From Thermoplasmatota archaeon (GTDB taxonomy: Archaea; Thermoplasmatota; Poseidoniia; Poseidoniales; Thalassarchaeaceae), in NCBI GenBank assembly GCA_030828405.1, contig JAURCP010000006.1:12015-76014 (forward strand): a stretch of DNA of 64,000 nt, written 5' to 3'. Under the pieces are notes generated by a model. It was not told the DNA's origin. It saw only the letters and a program-made list of their open reading frames with translations, and made no database searches. A program made the position numbers and the translations under genes. Positions 56,611-64,000 of this stretch are shown piece after piece. Each line of letters opens with the position of its first letter. Within the stretch, counting starts at the first letter, position 1.

Positions 56611-58221
56611 ATGTCAGATGCTGAACATGAAGTTGCCTTGGAGGATACTGACCGTATCCATGGTAGGACCGCTTTAGTCCGTAATGTCGCCGCCGCTGTT
56701 TCTTTATCGAATGCCGTTAGGTCAACATTGGGGCCTAGGGGGTTGGATAAAATGCTCGTAGATCAAGAAGGTAATGTAAGTGTCACTAACGATGGAGTTA
56801 CCGTTTTAGAAACTGCTAGAGTAGAACATCCGACTGCAAATTTACTAATTGCATCCTCGAGTTCACAAGATCGTTCAGCTAGAGACGGAACAACTACGAC
56901 AGTAATTTTGATGGCTGAAATGTTACAAAATGCCTTGGAACTAGTTAGGTCAGGCATTCATCCTTCTATAATCATTAATGGATACAGAATTTCTAACATA
57001 AAAGCATTAGAAGAAATCAAGAAAATTTCACGTGAGGCAAATAATAGGAACTTGAAAGCATCTGTAATTAAGACCTCATTACAAGGGAAAATAGATTCTT
57101 TATTAGCTGAACATCTGACTGAAATCTCCTTAATTGCAGCAGAAGCACTAGTTGATGAAGAAGGTGGAAAAGACTTAGAAAGATTACGGATAAAAAGGAT
57201 ACAAATTTCAGGTGGAAGAGCGTTAGATAGTGAATTACTACCTGCATTACTCCTAGCAAAAACAAAACTTATTGGAAACACTTCAACTTTTTCTAAAGGA
57301 GGGAACGTTGCAATAATTGATGGAGGGATTGAAGAAAGAAAATTAAGTTTGGATGCCCAAATCGAAATTAATGAATTAGGGGTACTAAAAGATTTTCAAA
57401 CTCGTAACGAGACATATCTAAAAGAAATAGTCAATCGCCTTAAAATTTTAAATGTAGATTTACTAATAGTTAGAGATGGGATAGCAGATGAAGCAATTCC
57501 AATACTCTCAGATGCTGGGATTACAGCCTATAGAAGATTCGAAAGGGACGACCTTGAAAGGTTATCAAGATTAACAAAAACAAATTTGGTTAGAGATATT
57601 AGAAAAATTACGGAAGATGATATTGGAGTATATTCATCACGTTCGGAAGAAAATATTGGCGGGATAAATTATACAAGGATAGAGGGAGAATTTGGTGGTG
57701 CGATGACTGCAGTCATTAGAGGTTCTACTCCCGAAATTAGAGATGAAGTAAGTAGAGCCTTTGACGATGCTTTGGGAGTTAGCCATAGATTAACCAAAGA
57801 AAGCAATATTCTACCAGGTGGAGGGGCAACACATATTCACTTGGCTAGACAACTTAGAGAATACGCAACGACACAATCGGGTAGAGAACAGATGGCCATT
57901 GAAGGATATGCTGCTGCCCTTGAGATAGTCCCTCGTACTTTAGCAGAAAATGCAGGATATGACCCGATAGATATTGTTTTGTCTCTCTCAGCTGCTCAAG
58001 CAAAAAAAGAAGATAGTGGACCTTGGATTGGTCTCAATGGAAACTCGGGGGAAATTATGGATATGTTTGAAGAAGGAATCTTTGATCCAATATTTGTTGC
58101 AGAGTATGCCATTTCAGGAGCTACAGAGGCCGCAATTAGCATCTTAAGGATTGACGATGTACTGTGGGCGAAGAAGGGGCCTGAAACTCCTGATTGGAGT
58201 AACCAAATTGAAGACAATTAA
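56611..58221 (+). CDS. ths: Thermosome subunit (group II chaperonin)
   Basis: Equatorial GDGTTT and apical-domain motifs in a 536-aa protein. Confidence 0.9.
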   Translation: MSDAEHEVALEDTDRIHGRTALVRNVAAAVSLSNAVRSTLGPRGLDKMLVDQEGNVSVTNDGVTVLETARVEHPTANLLIASSSSQDRSARDGTTTTVILMAEMLQNALELVRSGIHPSIIINGYRISNIKALEEIKKISREANNRNLKASVIKTSLQGKIDSLLAEHLTEISLIAAEALVDEEGGKDLERLRIKRIQISGGRALDSELLPALLLAKTKLIGNTSTFSKGGNVAIIDGGIEERKLSLDAQIEINELGVLKDFQTRNETYLKEIVNRLKILNVDLLIVRDGIADEAIPILSDAGITAYRRFERDDLERLSRLTKTNLVRDIRKITEDDIGVYSSRSEENIGGINYTRIEGEFGGAMTAVIRGSTPEIRDEVSRAFDDALGVSHRLTKESNILPGGGATHIHLARQLREYATTQSGREQMAIEGYAAALEIVPRTLAENAGYDPIDIVLSLSAAQAKKEDSGPWIGLNGNSGEIMDMFEEGIFDPIFVAEYAISGATEAAISILRIDDVLWAKKGPETPDWSNQIEDN

Positions 58222-58223
58222 AA

Positions 58224-59177
58224 TTATTTTAAGTTGGTAAGCATCTCATTGACTATAGATTCTAGATTAAATCTTGATTGCCAGTTCCAATCATTTCTTG
58301 AAATCTGATCATCTATGGAATCGGGCCAGGAATCAGCATAATTTTGGCGGATATCTGGTATATATCTACAAACAAAATTTGGTAATTTCTTATTAATTTC
58401 AGATACTAATTCCTCAGGAGTGAAGGAAACTCCAGAAATATTGTACCCACAACGTGCTGAACTAAGTGAATCAATCGGTTCGTCCATCAATGATATTGTA
58501 GCCCTTATTGCATCATCCATATACATCATCGGAAGACGTGTTTGGGCACTGAGAAAACAGTCATATGTGGATTCTTCTGAAAGTGCAGCATGAAATATAT
58601 CAACTGCATAATCAGTAGTCCCACCACTAACGGGTGACTTCCAAGATATTAGTCCAGGATATCTGATTCCTCTAACATCAACTCCATAATTCTCATGATA
58701 TATCATCCCTAATATTTCACAGTCGACTTTAGTCATTCCATATTTAGTTGTAGGATTTAATGGAGTTATTTGAGGTGCATTTTTGGGTGCATCGGGACCG
58801 AATACAGCAATAGAAGAGGGGGCGAAAATACGTAAATCGAATTCTCTCGCTGCCTCCAAAATATTTCTCGTTCCTTCTACATTAATTAATTCACATAAAT
58901 CTGGATTCTCCTGTCCTTTAGCGGAGAGTATCGCAGCTAAATGATAGATGATTTTAATTTCTTTTTCGATAATTAGTTTGAAAATTCCATCTTTATCTAA
59001 AACATCTAGATTGGTATATGGCCCGTTTTGAATACATGGATGACCTTTTTTTTCTCTAATATCACTGGCGATAACATGGTCAGAACCATAAATATCTCTT
59101 AATGATTGTACTAAATCGGTACCAATTTGGCCAAGGGCTCCTGTGACTAATATTCGGCCGCCCACATGTACAACCAT
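58224..59177 (-). CDS. NAD-dependent epimerase/dehydratase family (short-chain threonine dehydrogenase / UDP-sugar epimerase-like)
   Basis: ILVTGALGQIGTDL Rossmann motif and YGMTK (YxxxK). Confidence 0.65.
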   Translation of the reverse strand: MVVHVGGRILVTGALGQIGTDLVQSLRDIYGSDHVIASDIREKKGHPCIQNGPYTNLDVLDKDGIFKLIIEKEIKIIYHLAAILSAKGQENPDLCELINVEGTRNILEAAREFDLRIFAPSSIAVFGPDAPKNAPQITPLNPTTKYGMTKVDCEILGMIYHENYGVDVRGIRYPGLISWKSPVSGGTTDYAVDIFHAALSEESTYDCFLSAQTRLPMMYMDDAIRATISLMDEPIDSLSSARCGYNISGVSFTPEELVSEINKKLPNFVCRYIPDIRQNYADSWPDSIDDQISRNDWNWQSRFNLESIVNEMLTNLK

Positions 59178-59285
59178 AGTCGACCGGAGTGATGGAGATA
59201 CTTAGACTTAGCAAAGATAGTTTTTGGACTAAGTCTAAGGAATGTTGATAGGCAAGGTATGTTGGCTTCAAACCCCGTTGATTGA

Positions 59286-60941
59286 ATGAAGTATGTTGTT
59301 GTCACGGGAGGCGTCCTATCAGGACTTGGTAAAGGGATAACTGCGAGCAGTATCGGAGTATTGCTAAAATCCGCAGGACTGAGCGTCACTTCTGTAAAGA
59401 TTGACCCGTATCTCAATTGCGATGCAGGGACTATGTCACCATTCGAACATGGTGAAGTTTACGTTTTAGATGATGGCGGCGAAGTTGACTTGGATTTAGG
59501 AAACTATGAAAGATTCTTGGATATCTCTCTCACTAAAGATCATAATATCACCACTGGAAAGGTCTACAAATCTGTAATTGAAAGAGAAAGGAAGGGAGAC
59601 TATTTAGGAAAAACAGTACAAGTGATTCCACACATAACAAATGAAATTCAAGAATGGATTGAAAGAGTATCAAACACGCCAAGTGATGGGACAAAAAATA
59701 TTCCTGACGCTTGCGTAATTGAATTAGGAGGAACTGTTGGAGATATTGAAAGTGCACCATTCATAGAGGCATTAAGACAATTTCAATTTAGAGTTGGAGA
59801 AAGCAATATCTGCTTTGTGCATGTAAGTTTAGTTCCTGTGATGGGTCCAGTAGGAGAACAGAAAACTAAGCCTACTCAACATACTGTAAAAGAGCTAAGA
59901 GGACTTGGAATTATTCCCGATATTCTAGTTTGTAGATCTGAAAATCCATTAGATGACGAAACAAGAGAAAAGTTAGCAGCTTTTTGTCACGTTTCTCCTG
60001 GTGCAGTTGTTTCGGCTCATGATGTATCAAACATATATCGGATCCCAATTTTATTAGATGAGCAAGGAGTTAGTAATGTACTTTCAAAGCAAATAAGTTT
60101 TGATTTACCCGAATCAAGACCTCTACTAGATGATTGGATAAAAATGGCTGAAACTGTAGATAATCTCAACGAAGTTGTACAAATCGCAATGGTTGGGAAA
60201 TATACTGGACTTTCTGATTCGTATCTTAGCGTTATCAAAGCACTACAACATTCGTCATTTGAAGTAAACCGTAAACTTCAAATTAATTGGATTGAGGCAG
60301 AGAATTTAGATGAAAAAATAAAGCAAGAAAATCTTGAGAAATACAAAGAAGCATGGGATAATCTAAAAATGTCTGATGGGATACTAGTCCCTGGAGGCTT
60401 TGGGATTAGAGGAATTGAAGGGAAAATAAAGGCAGCAGAATATGCTAGAGTGAATAAAATACCTTATCTAGGGGTATGTTTAGGATTACAAATAGCCACA
60501 ATTGAGTTCTGTAGGAATGTATTGGGTATGAAAAAGGCAAATTCCACAGAATTTGACGAGAATACTCCTCAACCAGCGGTAGTATTCATGCCAGAGATAT
60601 CAAAGACACATATGGGCGGTACAATGAGATTGGGTACAAAACCAACGCCATTTTTAGTAGAAGATTGTAAAATAAAAAGACTTTATGGAAATCAATCTTA
60701 CGTTGACGAAAGGCATAGACATAGATACGAAGTGAATCCAGAATTGATTTCAGAAATTGAAAAGGCGGGATTAATCTATGTAGGTAAAGATGAAACAGGG
60801 CAGAGATGTGAAATTATGGAATTAGAAGATCATCCATATTACGTTGGGACACAATATCATCCAGAATTTAAATCTAGGCCTGGAAGGCCTAGCCCTCCTT
60901 TTTTGGGGCTCTTGAAAGCCTCAATAGGTGAAAAAATTTGA
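59286..60941 (+). CDS. pyrG: CTP synthase
   Basis: N-terminal synthetase domain and C-terminal glutamine amidotransferase ([15 protein letters not shown]). Confidence 0.95.
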   Translation: MKYVVVTGGVLSGLGKGITASSIGVLLKSAGLSVTSVKIDPYLNCDAGTMSPFEHGEVYVLDDGGEVDLDLGNYERFLDISLTKDHNITTGKVYKSVIERERKGDYLGKTVQVIPHITNEIQEWIERVSNTPSDGTKNIPDACVIELGGTVGDIESAPFIEALRQFQFRVGESNICFVHVSLVPVMGPVGEQKTKPTQHTVKELRGLGIIPDILVCRSENPLDDETREKLAAFCHVSPGAVVSAHDVSNIYRIPILLDEQGVSNVLSKQISFDLPESRPLLDDWIKMAETVDNLNEVVQIAMVGKYTGLSDSYLSVIKALQHSSFEVNRKLQINWIEAENLDEKIKQENLEKYKEAWDNLKMSDGILVPGGFGIRGIEGKIKAAEYARVNKIPYLGVCLGLQIATIEFCRNVLGMKKANSTEFDENTPQPAVVFMPEISKTHMGGTMRLGTKPTPFLVEDCKIKRLYGNQSYVDERHRHRYEVNPELISEIEKAGLIYVGKDETGQRCEIMELEDHPYYVGTQYHPEFKSRPGRPSPPFLGLLKASIGEKI

Positions 60942-60942
60942 G

Positions 60943-62088
60943 TCAATCGACTATTATAGGTAAAACTCTGGTAGTTCTGTAACCTTGTAGTACTTTCATA
61001 TATTTCTTATCAGAAAATTTCTCATCTAATTTTTTGTCCCCAGTTTCTATTCGCAAACGACGAACAGAAATTAATTTAGCAGGGGTGACTACACCTAAAA
61101 TTTCATCAATCGATATTTTTCTTAGAACGCTAGGAGATAGTTGTAGGTTGCCTCTGCCAATAAGGAATCCTTGGCCGCCCATAGGAGACAGAAGCAAAGA
61201 CACTTGACCTTTATGTGAAGAAAGAATTTCAATTAGCTGATCTTCGTTAAGATCGGTTCCTATCTGCTTATTTCCTAATGTAGCATCGATTCCCAACACT
61301 GTACCTTCAAATCCTATCATATTAGAAATTGTTCTTAATGTCCCACCAGAGCCCCAAATAATGAGTCTCTTATCATCTATTAATAACTCTTGAATATGAT
61401 CAGCAAGTCCTTCTAGAATTTCTTCTTCACCAGTTGCCTCCACTCGCATTTTTGCACCTTGCATCCACCTTGGAGATGCCGGTGTTTTAGCCTCAGCATA
61501 CAATCTAACTACCCATTCGCCATTTCGATACTTGTCTTCATCTAAATCAAGAACTTCTGTACTAGATAGTAATAATTCTCCATTCATCCATGATGAAAGT
61601 ACTTCGGCCCCTGCTTTAGGAGATGAAGCAAAACATCCAGAATGCATCTTTACGCCACATGGAATACCAATAACAGGTATGATTGATTTATTGTGAGAAT
61701 CTAAAGTAGAAACTATATCTCTCGTCGTTCCATCACCACCGGCATATAGTATCAAATCTACACTAGAATCGATTAGTAGAGATACCAACTCGAATGTATC
61801 AGATGGATTTGTAATTCCTGAAGATTCGTGTATTAAATTAAAATTACCTATTGATATCCCTTCGGGTATCCATTCACTACCCATTCTACCTTTACTTGTG
61901 AACCATTGAACCTCTTGTTTATCATCATAAATTTTACTAAAATAGTTTAATGCATCTCTTACTCTAGGACCTGCCCTATCTTTTGCACCCATTGAACGTG
62001 CATATTTTGCTTGGCCATCGGAGCCTTTGAGCCCTAATCTGCCACCCAAACCTGCATCCGGATTAACAAGTAGGCCGATACGTACCAT
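60943..62088 (-). CDS. ATP-NAD kinase / AcoX-like kinase family protein
   Basis: GGDGT motif ([14 protein letters not shown]) plus a longer AcoX-type C-terminal region. Confidence 0.5.
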   Translation of the reverse strand: MVRIGLLVNPDAGLGGRLGLKGSDGQAKYARSMGAKDRAGPRVRDALNYFSKIYDDKQEVQWFTSKGRMGSEWIPEGISIGNFNLIHESSGITNPSDTFELVSLLIDSSVDLILYAGGDGTTRDIVSTLDSHNKSIIPVIGIPCGVKMHSGCFASSPKAGAEVLSSWMNGELLLSSTEVLDLDEDKYRNGEWVVRLYAEAKTPASPRWMQGAKMRVEATGEEEILEGLADHIQELLIDDKRLIIWGSGGTLRTISNMIGFEGTVLGIDATLGNKQIGTDLNEDQLIEILSSHKGQVSLLLSPMGGQGFLIGRGNLQLSPSVLRKISIDEILGVVTPAKLISVRRLRIETGDKKLDEKFSDKKYMKVLQGYRTTRVLPIIVD

Positions 62089-62141
62089 ATCACTCGCAAA
62101 GGGCGTGTGTTAATATCAATACAGCCTATGGGTTCACTGTA

Positions 62142-63050
62142 ATGCGCATCGTAATTGCACTTGGTGGGAATGCTCTTCTTCGTAGAGGAGAAGAGATGAC
62201 AGCAAATAATCAAAGAGAGAATATAAGAATAGCAGCAAGAGCTTTAGCACCAATTATTGAGGAACATGAAGTAGTAATTAGTCATGGTAATGGACCCCAA
62301 GTAGGTCTACTCTCATTACAGTCCGCCGCTTACAAAGAAGTTGAAGAATATCCACTTGATATTTTAGGGGCACAAACCCAAGGAATGATTGGCTATATGA
62401 TTGAGCAAGAATTGGGGAATTTACTACCAATTGAAAAACCTATAGCCTCTATTCTAACAATGGTGGAAATAGATCCTGAAGACCCTGCCTTTTCGAATCC
62501 TACAAAACCTATTGGGCCGGTATATTCTGAGAAAGATGCTGAACAATTAGCAGAAAATAAAGGTTGGGATATTAAACGAGATGGTGAATATTGGAGAAGA
62601 GTTGTTCCTTCACCCGAACCTCATAGAATTTTTGAGTTGAGACCAATACATTGGTTATTAGAAAAGGGAACTGTGGTAATATGTGCTGGCGGAGGAGGTA
62701 TCCCCACATCTTATGTTGAAAAAGGTAAATTGGAAGGTGTTGAGGTAGTAATTGATAAAGATAAAGCAAGTTCTTTACTAGCTTTTGAATTGGATGCTGA
62801 TTTACTAATCATGGCTACAGATACTGACGGAGTATACATTGATTGGGGTAGTGATTCACAAGAAATTATTTCAAAAACTACGCCCGAAAAAATTGGCCAA
62901 TATACATTTGATAGTGGTTCAATGGGGCCGAAAGTTGAGGCTGCTTGCACGTTTGTTGAACGAACAGGACAGAGAGCAGTAATTGGCTCTCTTAATGATA
63001 TAAAGGAAATGGTAAATAGTTTAGCGGGAACACAATTTACACTGAAATAA
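62142..63050 (+). CDS. arcC: Carbamate kinase
   Basis: [13 protein letters not shown]-terminus and amino-acid-kinase-fold blocks. Length about 300 aa. Confidence 0.75.
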   Translation: MRIVIALGGNALLRRGEEMTANNQRENIRIAARALAPIIEEHEVVISHGNGPQVGLLSLQSAAYKEVEEYPLDILGAQTQGMIGYMIEQELGNLLPIEKPIASILTMVEIDPEDPAFSNPTKPIGPVYSEKDAEQLAENKGWDIKRDGEYWRRVVPSPEPHRIFELRPIHWLLEKGTVVICAGGGGIPTSYVEKGKLEGVEVVIDKDKASSLLAFELDADLLIMATDTDGVYIDWGSDSQEIISKTTPEKIGQYTFDSGSMGPKVEAACTFVERTGQRAVIGSLNDIKEMVNSLAGTQFTLK

Positions 63051-63124
63051 CATTTTGATTTGTATATTAATCAGCAAGGTATTCATATCATCGTTGTGTC
63101 AGGAGTAATTACGGAGACCAGTGT

Positions 63125-64000
63125 ATGTCAATGATTGAAGTACAAATCAATACTGAAGAAACTCATGAATATGTCTCCGGAATTACTGCCGGAGACATAT
63201 TGTTGAATGTATATGGGAAAAGAAGCGGTGCCGTCGCTGCAAATATTGATGGTGAAGAACGAGATATGTCATTTATCGTCAATAAGAATTGTAAAATTGA
63301 ACCTATTTTGGGCGATTCAGAAGAAGGATTGTATATTCTCAGGCATTCTTGTGCACATTTACTTGCACAGGCTGTTGTTGAGATTTTTCCTGAAGCTAAA
63401 CCTACTATAGGTCCACCAATTGAACATGGATTCTACTATGACTTTCATATGAATCCAATCGGAGATAGTGATCTTAAAAATATAGAGAAAAGAATGAATC
63501 AACTTGTAAGAGAAAATATTACTATTCAGAGAGAAGAGTATGATAATAATGAGCTAAGAGAATTGTTCAAAGAAAATAAATTTAAGATAGAAATTATGGA
63601 TGAAAAAATTGGAAATGAAGTTGGTTCAACCGCTTACAAACAAGGTGATTTTGTAGACCTTTGCAGAGGCCCCCATGTGCCATCTACGTCTCACCTTAGA
63701 TGGTTCAAATTAACAAGTACAAGCCAGGCTTACTGGCGCGCGGATAGGAATCGAGAACCTCTGACTCGTATTTATGGCATGTGTTATGCTAGTAAAGAAG
63801 GATTGAAAGAAAGACAAAGACAAATTGAGGAAGCGGGTAAAAGAGATCATAAAAAAATTGGAAAAGAAATGGAACTTTACATGATTGATGAAATGATTGG
63901 GAAAGGATTGCCTGTTTGGCTGCCAAATGGCGAAATTCTAAAATCAGAAATAGAAAAATATGCTTTACAGACTGAGGAGAAATATGGTTATGATAGAGTA
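63125..64000 (+). CDS. thrS: Threonyl-tRNA synthetase, N-terminal part (3' truncated by window edge)
   Basis: TGS-like N-terminus, HSCAHLL editing/second-additional-domain motif, CRGPHVPST. Confidence 0.8.
   Translation, partial: MSMIEVQINTEETHEYVSGITAGDILLNVYGKRSGAVAANIDGEERDMSFIVNKNCKIEPILGDSEEGLYILRHSCAHLLAQAVVEIFPEAKPTIGPPIEHGFYYDFHMNPIGDSDLKNIEKRMNQLVRENITIQREEYDNNELRELFKENKFKIEIMDEKIGNEVGSTAYKQGDFVDLCRGPHVPSTSHLRWFKLTSTSQAYWRADRNREPLTRIYGMCYASKEGLKERQRQIEEAGKRDHKKIGKEMELYMIDEMIGKGLPVWLPNGEILKSEIEKYALQTEEKYGYDRV

Overview
AT-rich (about one-third GC) archaeal chromosomal segment. Thermosome, DnaK, Orc1/Cdc6, PCNA, TFS, Bud32/KEOPS kinase, class I FBP aldolase, GlpX, MoaC/MoaE, a geranylgeranyl reductase and a crotonase / 3-hydroxyacyl-CoA dehydrogenase cluster point to Thaumarchaeota/Nitrososphaeria. 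Most of the window is dense housekeeping and central metabolism. The stand-out is a roughly 3.6 kb accessory island at about 5.25-8.9 kb. It starts with a noncoding leader with hairpins and a four-fold recurring TAACGTAA motif. Three paralogous Shine-Dalgarno-led genes follow, each encoding a tiny hydrophobic peptide with an acidic C-terminus. Next is a small beta-grasp-like ORF ending in Gly. The island closes with a tightly translationally coupled operon: JAB/JAMM metallopeptidase -> 74-aa protein ending in GGV -> E2(UBC)-like -> minimal E1(ThiF/MoeB)-like -> an unannotated 50-aa zinc ribbon. This looks like a compact, non-canonical prokaryotic ubiquitin-like conjugation module (Bil/CBASS-Cap2/Cap3-like logic) wired to small membrane peptides. 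I could not tie it to any characterised system from sequence alone. The island is flanked by a 607-aa orphan protein on one side and by an FGE-sulfatase-like membrane protein, an ABC exporter and tRNA-Gly(TCC) on the other. Other notable items: two GC-rich candidate structured RNAs, one possibly RNase P RNA; a putative PPAT-DPCK fusion; a divergent TBP-like protein; a GTPase-degenerate EF-Tu-like paralog; and a PaaA-like di-iron protein embedded in a crotonase / 3-hydroxyacyl-CoA DH / ALDH cluster. No CRISPR array, integrase or transposase was seen.
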